Assembly: GCA_963703855.1 (NCBI GenBank)
Contig: CAVPFW010000023.1
Location: forward strand, 42,961-106,960
Source of the DNA: an uncultured Alphaproteobacteria bacterium
GTDB lineage: Bacteria > Pseudomonadota > Alphaproteobacteria > ATCC43930 > CGMCC-115725
Direction: 5' to 3'
Length of the DNA stretch: 64,000 nucleotides
Part shown: positions 17,071-27,002 of the stretch, one piece after another
Numbering within the stretch: the first letter of the stretch is position 1
Layout of the letters: each line of letters begins with the position of its first letter
Program-made: the position numbers and the translations under genes
The notes under the pieces: model-generated
Seen by the model: the letters and a program-made list of their open reading frames with translations, nothing else
The model's database searches: none
Told to the model about the DNA's origin: nothing

Positions 17071-17817
17071 ATGGATCTGGAAGGGCGAACCGTCATCGTC
17101 ACCGGCGGCGCCTCGGGGATCGGCCGGGCGACGGCGCTGCTCTTGGCGCGCGCCGGCGCCGAGGTCGTGATCGGCGACGTCGACGAGGCCGGTGGCCGCG
17201 CGGCGGCGGCCGAAGGTGCTGCGGACGGGCTCGCCGTCGACTATCTGCCGCTCGACCTGACCGTCGCACCCTCGGTCGACGATTTCGTCGCGGCGACGCA
17301 GCGCCGGGCCGGGCCTGTCGACGGCCTGGTCAACGCCGCCGGCTGGGACCAGATCCAGCCCTTTCTCGAAAACCCGCCGGAAATGTGGGACCGGGTCATC
17401 GCCGTCAACCTGATGGGGGCGATCCGGCTGACCCGCGGGGTCCTGCCGCCGATGGTCGAGGCGCGAGCCGGCAAGATCGTCAACATCTCGAGCGACGCCG
17501 GACGGGTCGGCAGCATGGGCGAGACCGTCTATGCCGCGGCCAAGGGCGGGCTGATCGCCTTTACCAAGTCGCTGGCCCGCGAGTTGGCGCGTTACAGCAT
17601 CAACGTCAACTGCGTCTGCCCCGGCCCGACCGACACCCCGCTGTTCCAGCGCCAGCCGGAACGGATCAAGGAGGCGCTGACCCGCGCCATCCCGTTCCGC
17701 CGGATCGCCCAGCCGAGCGAAATCGCGCAAGCGGTCCTGTTTTTTCTGAGCGATCGTTCAAACTATATTACCGGCCAGGTGTTGAGCGTCAGCGGCGGGC
17801 TGACCATGGCCGATTAA
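17071..17817 (+). CDS. SDR family oxidoreductase (3-oxoacyl-ACP reductase-like)
   Basis: Internal ATG at 17071. MDLEGRTVIVTGGASGIGRATALLLARAGAEVVIGD, catalytic YAAAKGGLIAFTKSLA, and the C-terminal ITGQVLSVSGG. Confidence 0.85.
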   Translation: MDLEGRTVIVTGGASGIGRATALLLARAGAEVVIGDVDEAGGRAAAAEGAADGLAVDYLPLDLTVAPSVDDFVAATQRRAGPVDGLVNAAGWDQIQPFLENPPEMWDRVIAVNLMGAIRLTRGVLPPMVEARAGKIVNISSDAGRVGSMGETVYAAAKGGLIAFTKSLARELARYSINVNCVCPGPTDTPLFQRQPERIKEALTRAIPFRRIAQPSEIAQAVLFFLSDRSNYITGQVLSVSGGLTMAD

Positions 17818-17839
17818 CCACGCAGCAGGAGAGGAACCC

Positions 17840-18097
17840 ATGCCGCGCTATGCACCCATGATTTCAGCCCTCGGACTGATCGTCGCCGTTGCCGTTGCCG
17901 CCTCGGCGCAGCCGGCGCCGAAGGACCCGGGGGCCGCGGCGAACGTGCGCCAGAGCCAGCAGTACGAGCAGGTGCTGAACAGCAACCGCTCGTTCCGCGC
18001 CAAGCGCATGCAGCAGGAATGCGGGCCGATCACCGATCCGCAGCTGCATTCGCAATGCGTCGCCTCGTTCAACGGCGACGGCGCGCCCGCGAAATAA
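17840..18097 (+). CDS. Small secreted protein (85 aa), unknown function
   Basis: An AGGAGAGG RBS precedes the start. The signal peptide is MPRYAPMISALGLIVAVAVAASAQP. There are two Cys residues in the mature part. Confidence 0.55.
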   Translation: MPRYAPMISALGLIVAVAVAASAQPAPKDPGAAANVRQSQQYEQVLNSNRSFRAKRMQQECGPITDPQLHSQCVASFNGDGAPAK

Positions 18098-18119
18098 CAT
18101 CTTGACTGGAGGAGTCCCG

Positions 18120-18509
18120 ATGCCGAGCTCTGCGCCAGGCTTCGTCAGCCATCCCGAGCACCGCGTCGACCTCGCGCCGGATCAGCGGCGCCTCAAGGTC
18201 GTGTTCGCGGGAACCACTGTTGCCGACAGCGCCGCGACCTTGCGGGTCGAGGAAACCGGCCACGGTCCGGTCCATTATTTCCCGGAAAGGGACGTTCGGC
18301 TCGACCTGATGCGCCCGACCGGGCACCACACGACTTGCCCGTTCAAGGGCGAGGCATCGTACTGGACGATCGAGGTGCCGGCCGGCGGCGAAATCCGCCG
18401 CTCGGAGAATGCGGTCTGGGGCTATCCGCGGCCCTATGACGAGGTGGCCGGGATCGCCGGCTATTATGCGTTCTATCCGAGCCGGGTCGACTTCATCGCC
18501 GTGGATTGA
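18120..18509 (+). CDS. DUF427 domain protein
   Basis: ATG at 18120 lies 6 nt after GGAGG. RLKVVFAGTTVADSAATLRVEETGHGPVHYFPERDVRLDLMRPTGHHTTCPFKGEASYWTI...AVWGYPRPYDEVAGIAGYYAFY matches DUF427. Confidence 0.8.
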   Translation: MPSSAPGFVSHPEHRVDLAPDQRRLKVVFAGTTVADSAATLRVEETGHGPVHYFPERDVRLDLMRPTGHHTTCPFKGEASYWTIEVPAGGEIRRSENAVWGYPRPYDEVAGIAGYYAFYPSRVDFIAVD

Positions 18510-18537
18510 GCGCCCGGAGATTGTGCCTGCGGGCAAG

Positions 18538-20088
18538 ATGCACCTGACGCAGAACTGGGAGGTCCGCAAGCCGGGCGCCTCCTCTCGGGGCGGCATCGTC
18601 GCGTCGCAAAGCCGCACTGCCGCCCAGATCGGGGTCGAGGTGCTGGCGGCGGGCGGCACCGCGGTCGATGCGGCAATCGCCACTGCGCTGGCCTTGGCCG
18701 CGGTCGAGCCGTGGAACAGCGGGCTCGGCGCGGTCGGCTTCATGGTCGTACATCGCGCCGGCGCTGACCATGCCGAGGCCGTCGATTTCGGCCCGGTCGC
18801 TCCCCGCGGCCTCGATCCGTCGGCCTACAAGCTGACCGAGGCGACCAAGACCGAGCTGTTCACCTGGCCGCAGGTCGAGGGCGACCGCAACATCCACGGC
18901 CCGCTCGCCTTTGCGGTCCCGAGCGCGGTGCGGGGCTATGCGACCGCGGTCGAACGCTTTGGCCGGGTGCCGTGGCGCGAGCTGGTGATGCCGGCGGCGG
19001 CGCTGGCCCGCGAGGGGCTGCCGGTCGACTGGTTCACCACGCTCAAAGTCGCAAATGCCGCGGTTGAGCTGCGGCTCTATGACGAGAGCCGGCGGGTGTG
19101 GCTGCCCGACGGCCTGCCGCCGGTGTGTCCGCCCGAGCGCGACGCCGCGAACCTGCCGCTCGGCCGCCTTGCCGATACCCTGGAGCACCTCGCCGCGGCC
19201 GGCCCCGATGATCTCTACGAGGGCGACATCGCGCGTTCGATCATCGCCGATGTGCGCTCCGCAGGCGGCGTGCTGTCGGCCGAGGATCTCGCGCTCTGCC
19301 GTGCGCGGGTCACGCCGGCGCTCGCCATCCCCTATCGCGGCGCCGTCTTGCAGGCGGCGCCCGGAATGACCGCCGGCCCGACCCTGGCCTTCATGCTCGA
19401 ACGGCTCGCTCGTCACCGTTTCGCGGCCGCGCCCGACGCCCGCTATTTCGCTGCAATCGTCGAGGCGCTGCGCGAAGCCTACGCGTACCGGCTCGACCAT
19501 GCCGGCGATGTCGAAGCCGGCGCGCCGACCTCGACGACGCACATCACCGCGATTGACCGCGAGGGCACGATCGCCGCGCTGACAGCGACCTTGCTGTCGA
19601 GCTTTGGCAGCCGCTATGTGCTGCCGGGCACCGGCATCCTGATGAACAACGGGATTATGTGGTTCGACCCGCGCCCGGGGCGGGCGAATTCGATGATGCC
19701 CGGCAAGCGCGCCTTGACCAACATGTGCCCCCTCGTTGCCATGCGCGCCGGGCGCCCATGGTTCGGAGCCGGCGCCTCGGGCGGCCGACGCATCCTCGCC
19801 GCGGTGCTGCAGATGGCGAGCTTTGTCGTCGATTTCGGGATGGACCCGGCGGCGGCGGCGCACCACCCGCGCATCGACGTGAGCGGCGGCGGCGGCATCG
19901 GCATCGACCGCCGCCTTCCCGCCGCGATCGTCGGGCACCTCTCGGCCGAGCCCGGCGCGGCATTGGTCGAGCACGGTGTTTTCCCGACGAGGTTCGCTTG
20001 CCCGAATCTTGTCCTGCGCGACGGCGACGGGTTGAACCACGGCATCTCCGACGTGATGTCGCCCTGGTCGGCCGCGATCGCCGAGTGA
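18538..20088 (+). CDS. ggt: Gamma-glutamyltransferase family protein (no obvious signal peptide)
   Basis: GIVASQSRTAAQIGVEVLAAGGTAVDAAIATALALAAVEPWNSGLGAVGFM..., the autoprocessing/nucleophile region PTSTTHITAIDREGTIAALTATL, and GASGGRRI. The start is uncertain; ATG at 18538 was chosen, and GTG at 18523 is possible. Confidence 0.8.
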   Translation: MHLTQNWEVRKPGASSRGGIVASQSRTAAQIGVEVLAAGGTAVDAAIATALALAAVEPWNSGLGAVGFMVVHRAGADHAEAVDFGPVAPRGLDPSAYKLTEATKTELFTWPQVEGDRNIHGPLAFAVPSAVRGYATAVERFGRVPWRELVMPAAALAREGLPVDWFTTLKVANAAVELRLYDESRRVWLPDGLPPVCPPERDAANLPLGRLADTLEHLAAAGPDDLYEGDIARSIIADVRSAGGVLSAEDLALCRARVTPALAIPYRGAVLQAAPGMTAGPTLAFMLERLARHRFAAAPDARYFAAIVEALREAYAYRLDHAGDVEAGAPTSTTHITAIDREGTIAALTATLLSSFGSRYVLPGTGILMNNGIMWFDPRPGRANSMMPGKRALTNMCPLVAMRAGRPWFGAGASGGRRILAAVLQMASFVVDFGMDPAAAAHHPRIDVSGGGGIGIDRRLPAAIVGHLSAEPGAALVEHGVFPTRFACPNLVLRDGDGLNHGISDVMSPWSAAIAE

Positions 20089-20184
20089 CCGTCGTTCCGG
20101 GGCGTCGGGCAGCGCCGCGCCCGGTACCCATGCGGCTTCGACCCTGAGCGCGGTGGCGCCAGTGCGCGCGAGGTGGTACTGCGT

Positions 20185-21402
20185 TCAGTCGCTGGCGTAG
20201 ACGACGTTGCGCAGCAGCGGATAGATGAGGCTGTTCCAGCGCTGTCCGTTGAATACGCCGTAATGGCCGACGCCGGTCTGCACGTGGTGTCGTTTCATCG
20301 ATGGCCGCAACCGACTGCACAAATCCTGGGCAGCCAAGGTCTGGCCGACGGCGCAGATGTCGTCGCGCTCGCCTTCGACCGTGAACAGCGCCGTGCGCCG
20401 GATAGCCCGCGGATCGACACGCCGGCCGCGCCATTCGAGCTTGCCCAATGGCAATGCGTGCTCCTGAAACACGGTTTGCACGGTCTGCAGGTAGAACTCG
20501 GCGGGCAGATCCATCACCGCCAGGTACTCGTCGTAAAATCTGCGGATCGCCTCCGCCTTTTCCTGGTCGCCATTGGCGAGATGGCAGAACAGGTCGAACT
20601 GGGCCTTGACGTGCCGGTCGAGGTTCATGCTCATAAACGCGGCGAGCTGGGTAAATCCGGGATAGACGCGGCGCCGGGCGCCGTTGTAGCGCAATGGCAC
20701 GATGTCGATCAGGTTGCGCTCGAACCAGCCGATAGACCGGCCCGTCGCCAACCGGTTGACCTCGGTCGGGTTGACGCGGGCGTCGATCGGTCCGGCCATC
20801 AGGGTCATGCTGCGCGGCTGCGCCGGATGGTCGTCTTCGGCCATGATCGCGACTGCGGCCAAAACCGCGACGCAGGGCTGGCAAACCCCGACGACATGCG
20901 CGCCGGGACCCAGCACTTCGAGAAACGTCATCACGTGATCGATAAAATCGTCGAAATCGAAATGGCCGTGCCGCAGCCCGACGTCGCGCGCGTTGTGCCA
21001 GTCGGTGATGTAGACGTCGTGCTCCGGGAGCATCGTGCGCACGGTGCCGCGCAGCAGGGTCGCAAAATGTCCGGACATCGGCGCCACCAGCAGCACGCGC
21101 GGCTGCGCTTCGACAATGTCCTTCTCGAAGCGCAGCAGGGTGCAGAACGGCGTCCGGTGAACTGCAGCCTCGCGCACTGCGACCGACCGGTTCGCCACCG
21201 CGATGCGGTCGATGCCGAAGGCCGGGCGGCGATGGCTCAGCCCGGCATGGGCGATCAGCTCGCAGACGGCGGCGGCGGCGCGCTGCAAAGCGCTGCGGGA
21301 GATTCCGGGCAGCGGGTGGCTCAACGCGGCGGCCGCCATGTTCGCCAGGCTGCGCAATGGCGCGACCGAGTCGGCATAGGCTTGAAAGTCCCGGTAGCTC
21401 AT
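20185..21402 (-). CDS. phaZ: Intracellular poly(3-hydroxybutyrate) depolymerase
   Basis: MSYRDFQAYADS...PFCTLLRFEKD...LLVAPMSGHFATLLRGTVRTMLPEHDVYITDWHNAR...VCQPCVAVLAAVAIMA...MTLMAGPIDARVNPTEVN...RRVYPGFTQLAAFMSMN...FYDEYLAVMDLPAEFYLQTV...TVEGERDDI...GHYGVFNG matches block-by-block my recollection of Cupriavidus PhaZ1-type enzymes. Confidence 0.85.
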   Translation of the reverse strand: MSYRDFQAYADSVAPLRSLANMAAAALSHPLPGISRSALQRAAAAVCELIAHAGLSHRRPAFGIDRIAVANRSVAVREAAVHRTPFCTLLRFEKDIVEAQPRVLLVAPMSGHFATLLRGTVRTMLPEHDVYITDWHNARDVGLRHGHFDFDDFIDHVMTFLEVLGPGAHVVGVCQPCVAVLAAVAIMAEDDHPAQPRSMTLMAGPIDARVNPTEVNRLATGRSIGWFERNLIDIVPLRYNGARRRVYPGFTQLAAFMSMNLDRHVKAQFDLFCHLANGDQEKAEAIRRFYDEYLAVMDLPAEFYLQTVQTVFQEHALPLGKLEWRGRRVDPRAIRRTALFTVEGERDDICAVGQTLAAQDLCSRLRPSMKRHHVQTGVGHYGVFNGQRWNSLIYPLLRNVVYASD

Positions 21403-21557
21403 ATGGCGCAACCCGCTGTTCAGCGACACCGCAGGATAGGAGATTCGATCGTGCCGCGCGAGATGGTTTGCCGCCGCCGAGATAGTTTGCAGTCGGGATC
21501 AAGGCTGTGGGACAGTGCGGGAAATTGCGGTGTGCTTGCCGGGAAAGGAGCGCGGCG

Positions 21558-22211
21558 ATGACCGAGGCCATTCTGACCATCAGCAGCAAGAACTACTCTT
21601 CCTGGTCGCTGCGCGGCTGGCTGTTGTGCAGGATGGCAGGACTGGAATTCGCCGAGCAGGCGGTGCCGGTCGACGACCCGGCGAACCGCGCGGAACTGCT
21701 GCTGCTGTCGCCGTCGATCCTGGTGCCGTGCCTGACCCATCAGGGGGTCCGGATCTGGGACACCCTGGCGATCGCCGAGTATCTCAACGAGCTGAACCCA
21801 AAGGCCGGGCTGCTGCCGGTCGAGCGCGCCGCCCGCGCCCGCTGCCGCTCGATCTGCGGCGAAATGCATTCCGGTTTCGGCAATCTGCGTTCGGCATTGC
21901 CGATGAACCTCAAGGCCCACCACCCCGGCTTCAAGGTCTGGGCGGGGGCGCAGGCCGACATCGACCGCATTGCGGCGATCTGGCGCGAGTGCTTTGCCGA
22001 GCATGGCGGGCCCGGTCTGTTCGGAACATTGACCGTCGCCGACGCCATGTACGCGCCGGTCGTGACCCGCTTTCACACTTACGACGTCAAGCTCGACCGC
22101 GACTGTGCAGCCTATTGCGAGCGCATCATGGCATTGCCCGACATGATCGCCTGGCGCGAGGCCGCGTTGGTCGAGCCCGACGGGCTCGAAGAGCTCGACA
22201 TGGAGTTCTGA
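21558..22211 (+). CDS. Glutathione S-transferase family protein
   Basis: ATG at 21558 follows GGAAAGGAG. MTEAILTISSKNYSSWSLRGWLLCRMAGLEF...LVPCL...IWDTLAIAEYL is a GST N-terminal thioredoxin-like domain, followed by a helical C-domain. Confidence 0.75.
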   Translation: MTEAILTISSKNYSSWSLRGWLLCRMAGLEFAEQAVPVDDPANRAELLLLSPSILVPCLTHQGVRIWDTLAIAEYLNELNPKAGLLPVERAARARCRSICGEMHSGFGNLRSALPMNLKAHHPGFKVWAGAQADIDRIAAIWRECFAEHGGPGLFGTLTVADAMYAPVVTRFHTYDVKLDRDCAAYCERIMALPDMIAWREAALVEPDGLEELDMEF

Positions 22212-22267
22212 GCGGCTCGGGCGGGGTCGACGGCGCGACGGCGCTGCCGATCCGCGGTCCCGGCAAA

Positions 22268-23833
22268 TCAGTCTTCCCCTGCGGCATGTTCGGCGGTGGC
22301 GACGGGTTGCGGGTAGCTCTGTCGGCCCAGCGCCAGGCACACACCGGCGACGATCACATAGCCGAGCGCCACCGGCGCCGAGCTGCCGATGCCGAGCGCG
22401 GTGCCGTGAATGAAGCCGAAATAGGACAACACCGCGCCGGCGCCGGCGAACAGCGCCGCCCGGTCGAATTCGCGGTCGATGATAAAGACCGCGATGGCGC
22501 CGAGGATCAATCCGGCGAGGACGGCCCCGCCGCCCAGCAGCGCCATGCCGTGATAGACGATGCCGACGGCGCCGAGCTTGGCCATGCCGAGTTTTGCGGC
22601 CGAGGTGCCGGCGGCGCCGAGCGCGCCGTCGATCAGGGTCTGCGCCCAGGCGGCGATGTTCGGCAGGATCGCCAGAACGATCGCCGGCGCGTGCCGGGAG
22701 GGTGTGGTCTGAAACGCCTGCGCGCCAATCACCAGGCCGATGTAGAGCAGGATCGGCAGGATCGCGACCAGTGGAATGACCGCCAGCAGCAACGCGGTCA
22801 GGCCGAGAAAGCAGACGATGCCGATGACGATCCCGGTCGCCAGCGAATAACCGATCCGCCCGCCGACCGCCTTCCATCCGGGATGGCCGATATAGACCGC
22901 CGGCGGAAACGGGCTGCCGAGCAGGGCGCCGACGATGGCGCCGGTGCCGTCGGCCAGCAGGATCCGGCGCAGGCTGTAATCGTCGCCGGCGGCGGCGGCG
23001 CTCTCGACGTTATTCATGCCCTCGGTGAAATTGTAGATGCCGAGCGGCACGGCGGTGACGAGCAATGGCCCGATATCGCCGACCGCCTTGGCGAAGTCGA
23101 GGGACGGGTAGGGCAGATGCAGCCCGAACTGGCCGATGGCGGCGACGACCTCGCCCGGCTGCATCAGATCGTCGAGATCGAGGAGGCGGGCGAGCCAGGC
23201 CAGCGCGGTGCCGAGCACCACCGCCGCGAGGCCGCCGGGCAGCCCGAACGGCAGGCGGACACCGGCCATCCAGCTGACCAGCACGATGCTGAGCGACAGC
23301 AGAAACAGCCAGGGTTCTTCCCAGCCGAGAAATGCCGGGCGCATCGAGATGAACGCGATCGAGATGCCGGCGAGGGTCCCGAGCATCGCCGCGCGCGGCG
23401 TGTATTTGCGCACCGTCGGCCCGACAAAGGCGCCGAGCAGCACGATCGTGCCGATGACCAGGCACCAGACGAGACCGGAGCGCCAGGCGAGCAGCGCATC
23501 GTGGGTCTTCAGATAGATCGGCAGCATGATCAGAAAGACGACGATGAACATGTGCGGCACGCTCGGCCCGTACGGCATCGCCGTCACGTCGCCGCGCCCC
23601 TCGGTCTTGGCCAGCCGCCAGGCGAGATAGGCGTAATAGAGATTGCCCAACGGCAAGGCGATGCCGAGCGCCGGCAGAATGCGGCCGTAAACGATGTCGG
23701 CCGGCAGGTTGACGACGTGCAGGCACAGCCCGGTCAGCACGATGACGTTCAGCACCACATTGGTGAACAGGCCAAAAAAGCCGTTCCAATCGCCGGGGAC
23801 CCACCAGCGCGGGGGGTCGCCTGCGGTGCTCAT
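22268..23833 (-). CDS. NCS2/AzgA-like nucleobase-type permease (about 13 TM segments)
   Basis: This 521-aa polytopic membrane protein shows ...GLFTNVVLNVIVLTG...AMPYGPSVPHMFIVVF...GIYNFTEGMNNVESAAAAGDDY...LADGTGAIVGALLGSPFPPAVYIGHPGWK... These features are typical of the xanthine/uracil/AzgA permease superfamily. Confidence 0.75.
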   Translation of the reverse strand: MSTAGDPPRWWVPGDWNGFFGLFTNVVLNVIVLTGLCLHVVNLPADIVYGRILPALGIALPLGNLYYAYLAWRLAKTEGRGDVTAMPYGPSVPHMFIVVFLIMLPIYLKTHDALLAWRSGLVWCLVIGTIVLLGAFVGPTVRKYTPRAAMLGTLAGISIAFISMRPAFLGWEEPWLFLLSLSIVLVSWMAGVRLPFGLPGGLAAVVLGTALAWLARLLDLDDLMQPGEVVAAIGQFGLHLPYPSLDFAKAVGDIGPLLVTAVPLGIYNFTEGMNNVESAAAAGDDYSLRRILLADGTGAIVGALLGSPFPPAVYIGHPGWKAVGGRIGYSLATGIVIGIVCFLGLTALLLAVIPLVAILPILLYIGLVIGAQAFQTTPSRHAPAIVLAILPNIAAWAQTLIDGALGAAGTSAAKLGMAKLGAVGIVYHGMALLGGGAVLAGLILGAIAVFIIDREFDRAALFAGAGAVLSYFGFIHGTALGIGSSAPVALGYVIVAGVCLALGRQSYPQPVATAEHAAGED

Positions 23834-24519
23834 CGCCGTTCCTGCGCCGCGTCGGCGACGGGCAGCGCCGCTATGACCGCTTCACTCGAGGCGACCCAGC
23901 CGAAGATCGCGCCCTGCGCCTTGATCATCCGCAGCCCGGCCTCGTGAAACTCGGGGAAATACGAGCCGACGCAATCCTCGACGACGATGCAGTCGTAGCC
24001 GCGGTCGTTGGCCTCGCGCACCGTGGTGTTGACGCAGACTTCGGTGGTGACCCCGCAGACGATCAGCTGGGCGACGCCGCGGTTTTTGAGCATCGCATCG
24101 AGATCGGTCGCGTAAAAGGCGCCCTTGCCGGGCTTGTCGACCACCGGCTCGCCGGCCCGCGGGTAGAGCTCGGGGATGATGTCGTGCCCGGCCTCGCCGC
24201 GCACCAGGATGCGGCCCATCGGACCAGGGTCGCCGATCCCGGCGGCGAGCCGGCCGCGCGCCTTTTTCGCCGGCGGCAAATCGGCGAGGTCCGGGCGATG
24301 GCCCTCGCGCGTGTGGATCACGGTCAGCCCGGCGGCGCGGGCCCGTTCGAGCAGACGCCGCGTGGGCGCGATGGTCCGCCGCAGCAGCGAGACATCGTTG
24401 CCGAGCGCCGCGCCGAAGCCGCCGGGTTCGAGAAAATCGCGCTGCATGTCGATGATCACCAGCCCCGCCCGCGTCGGGTCGAGATCGAAGGGGTAGGGCT
24501 CCGCCTCGATCACCGCCAT
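23830..24519 (-). CDS. Cysteine hydrolase of the isochorismatase superfamily (RutB / carbamoylsarcosine amidase / biuret hydrolase-like)
   Basis: The D-K-C triad context is GLVIIDMQRDF, VVDKPGKGAFYATDL and LIVCGVTTEVCVNTTVREA. The stop overlaps the permease start (ATGA on the minus strand). Confidence 0.8.
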   Translation of the reverse strand: MAVIEAEPYPFDLDPTRAGLVIIDMQRDFLEPGGFGAALGNDVSLLRRTIAPTRRLLERARAAGLTVIHTREGHRPDLADLPPAKKARGRLAAGIGDPGPMGRILVRGEAGHDIIPELYPRAGEPVVDKPGKGAFYATDLDAMLKNRGVAQLIVCGVTTEVCVNTTVREANDRGYDCIVVEDCVGSYFPEFHEAGLRMIKAQGAIFGWVASSEAVIAALPVADAAQERR

Positions 24520-24759
24520 GCCGCCCCCTCGTGTCGAGGCCGTGCCGCCGTGGGCCGGCCGTTCGAAACCCGAGCAAGATTTCGCGCCAAAGCGCGGCCC
24601 GCGCGGTGATCGTTCAAGATCGCGAGTTGGCCGGCGCGCCGGCCGTGCTGCTAAGCTCCGCCGTCAGTGCATCTGCATGCTAGATAAGCAAGTTGTCCGG
24701 CGGGGAGCTCGCCGGGTCGTCCCAGCCGATCGAGCACCGCCGTGCCAGAAGGAGTTTCG

Positions 24760-25914
24760 ATGTCGAGCAATCGTCCGCTGTCCGGCCTTGTCGTGATCGA
24801 GATCGGCCAGAGCGTCGCCGCCCCGTATGCCGGGATGATCCTCGGCGAGCTCGGCGCCGAGGTCATCAAGGTCGAGAACCCCCGCACCGGCGACGCCGCC
24901 CGCGGCTGGGGGCCGCCCTTTGCCGAAGGTGCTGCGACCTGCTTTCACGCGGTCAACCGGGCAAAGCGCGGGATCACGATCGATCTCACCGATCCGGCCG
25001 AAGTCGAACGGCTGAGGGCGCTGGTTCTCGACCGCGCCGATGTCTTGATCCACAACTTGAAATACGGCGCGCTCGACCGCTGGGGCCTGTCCGCCGCGGC
25101 GCTCCTCGCGCAGAAGCCGAGCCTCGTCTACTGCAATGTCGGGGCGTTCGGTGCTGTCGGGCCATTGCGCGACCGGCCGGGCTACGACCCGCTGATGCAG
25201 GCCCATGGCGGGCTGATGAGCCTGATGGGCGAGGACGGGCGCCCGCCGGTGCGCGTCGCCGTGTCGATCGTCGATCTCGCCACCGGGATGTGGTCGGTGA
25301 TCGGCATTCTCGCAGCGTTGGCAGAGCGCCGCGGCAGCGGTCGCGGCGGCGTGGTCGACACCTCGCTCTACGAGACCGCGCTCGCCTGGATGACGATCCC
25401 GATCGCCGCATATCTGGTCAATGGCGAGATCCCGACGCGGCAAGGGTCGGGGGTCGACATGATCGTGCCCTATCAGGCCTTTGCCGCCGCCGACGGCGCC
25501 ATCATGGTGGCGGCCGGCAACGACAATCTGTTCCGCCGTCTGTGCACGGCGATCGCCCGCCCCGACCTCGCCGAGGATCCCCGCTTCCGGACCAACAAGG
25601 ACCGGGTAGTCAATCGCCAGACCCTGATCCCGGTGCTCGAGGGCATCTTCGCGGCCGAACCGATCGCGAGCTGGGTCGCCCGGCTCGATCGGGCCGGAAT
25701 TCCGAACGGCCCGCTGCACTCCATCGACCAGGTGGTGGCCGATGCCCAGACGGCCGCGCTCGGCATGATCCAGCACCTCACGGTGAGCGCGGCCGGGAAC
25801 CCGTTGTCCCTGGTCGGCTTGCCGCTGTCTTTTGACGGCCATCGGCCGCCCTTTGCCAAACCGGCCCCGGCACTCGGCGAGGATGACCCCGAAATCCTCG
25901 AGCCCCGCCGATGA
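24760..25914 (+). CDS. Family III CoA-transferase (CaiB/BaiF)
   Basis: ATG at 24760 lies 5 nt after AAGGAG. MSSNRPLSGLVVIEIGQSVAAPYAGMILGELGAEVIKVE...DVLIHNLKYGALDRWGL...GYDPLMQAHGGLMSLMG...DTSLYET. Confidence 0.85.
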   Translation: MSSNRPLSGLVVIEIGQSVAAPYAGMILGELGAEVIKVENPRTGDAARGWGPPFAEGAATCFHAVNRAKRGITIDLTDPAEVERLRALVLDRADVLIHNLKYGALDRWGLSAAALLAQKPSLVYCNVGAFGAVGPLRDRPGYDPLMQAHGGLMSLMGEDGRPPVRVAVSIVDLATGMWSVIGILAALAERRGSGRGGVVDTSLYETALAWMTIPIAAYLVNGEIPTRQGSGVDMIVPYQAFAAADGAIMVAAGNDNLFRRLCTAIARPDLAEDPRFRTNKDRVVNRQTLIPVLEGIFAAEPIASWVARLDRAGIPNGPLHSIDQVVADAQTAALGMIQHLTVSAAGNPLSLVGLPLSFDGHRPPFAKPAPALGEDDPEILEPRR

Positions 25915-26540
25915 CGGCCCGCCGGCGGGTCTTTCTCGCCGCCTTCTTTGTTGCGGCGCTGACCGCCTGCGCTCCGCTCGCCCCGCCGACAGCCCCGTCA
26001 GGGTCCGCCGCCGCCAGGCCGGGCGCCGCCGGCGACGCCACCGCTGTCGTCGTCCGCGAGCACCTGTCCGGGCGGTTTGTCGCGCTGATCGGTCCGAAGG
26101 CGCAACATGCGCCGCCCTATCTCGGCACGCCGGGGACCAATTTTTACTGCCTGCGCAGTTTTATCGACCGCACGACCGGCGAGAGCGCGGACCAGCTCTA
26201 TGTTTCGGACAGCTATGACGGGGCCGAACGCGATTGGGAGGCTGCGCGCGACAGCGAGGGCCGCAGCCTGGCCTTTATCCCGATCAGCCGCAACAAGATC
26301 GGTTGCGACGACGGTTGCTCCTATGCGGAAGAATTCGCCGCCGATGTGCCCGAAAGCGAATTGCGGGCGAGCCCCAAAGGGCTGGCGGTGACCTTCACCA
26401 GCCATGCGGCGGAAGAGAAGACGATCAGCGTGTCGGCCGACCAAATCGCGGCGCAGCTGGCGGCGCTCGATGCGCACCAAAAGGCTGTCGCTTCGGCCGC
26501 ATCCGCCGCGCCGCCGGCAGCGGCGGCTCACCAGCCGTAA
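25911..26540 (+). CDS. Putative lipoprotein, unknown function
   Basis: The start overlaps the previous stop (ATGA). The signal is MTARRRVFLAAFFVAALTAC with a lipobox-like LTAC. The C-terminus is Ala-rich. Confidence 0.6.
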   Translation: MTARRRVFLAAFFVAALTACAPLAPPTAPSGSAAARPGAAGDATAVVVREHLSGRFVALIGPKAQHAPPYLGTPGTNFYCLRSFIDRTTGESADQLYVSDSYDGAERDWEAARDSEGRSLAFIPISRNKIGCDDGCSYAEEFAADVPESELRASPKGLAVTFTSHAAEEKTISVSADQIAAQLAALDAHQKAVASAASAAPPAAAAHQP

Positions 26541-26827
26541 TAGGAGGCCTCGGCCCGCTCGATCCCGCTCGACTCGGTCTGACATGTTTCCGGGGATGTC
26601 GCAACCTGGCCCAGCCCGGCGCAGCTCGGGTCGTGCCGCGGGATCATCGCCCCGGCGAGGGTAGCCTGATGCGGCGAGATGCCGTGCCGGGACGCCATGG
26701 CCTGAACTCCGGCGAACAGCACCACGAACACCATCGCAATCAACCAAGCCGAGGCGACGATGCGCCAGCCACCCAAAAGCCTGTCGGCGATCCGCAGCCC
26801 GGGGTCGCGTTCGATATCTTCCGGCAT
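26528..26827 (-). CDS. Possible small single-pass membrane protein (99 aa)
   Basis: MPEDIERDPGLRIADRLLGGWRIVASAWLIAMVFVVLFAGVQAMASRHG... has one clear TM helix. It overlaps the convergent lipoprotein gene by 13 nt. There is no recognisable family and the call is weak. Confidence 0.3.
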   Translation of the reverse strand: MPEDIERDPGLRIADRLLGGWRIVASAWLIAMVFVVLFAGVQAMASRHGISPHQATLAGAMIPRHDPSCAGLGQVATSPETCQTESSGIERAEASYYGW

Positions 26828-27002
26828 GCCCACACCCATTTTGACGATCGTGTTGCAGTGCAATAAATAGGCAAGCGCGGCTGACCGAACCACCCCTTGT
26901 TCGGCATGGCTGTCTTGCCATCACATTGATGTGATTGTCGACCACCGGAAGGTCGGTCATGAGCCCGGCGCCGCGCTGCGGCGGCCGCCGGCCGATCCGG
27001 GC

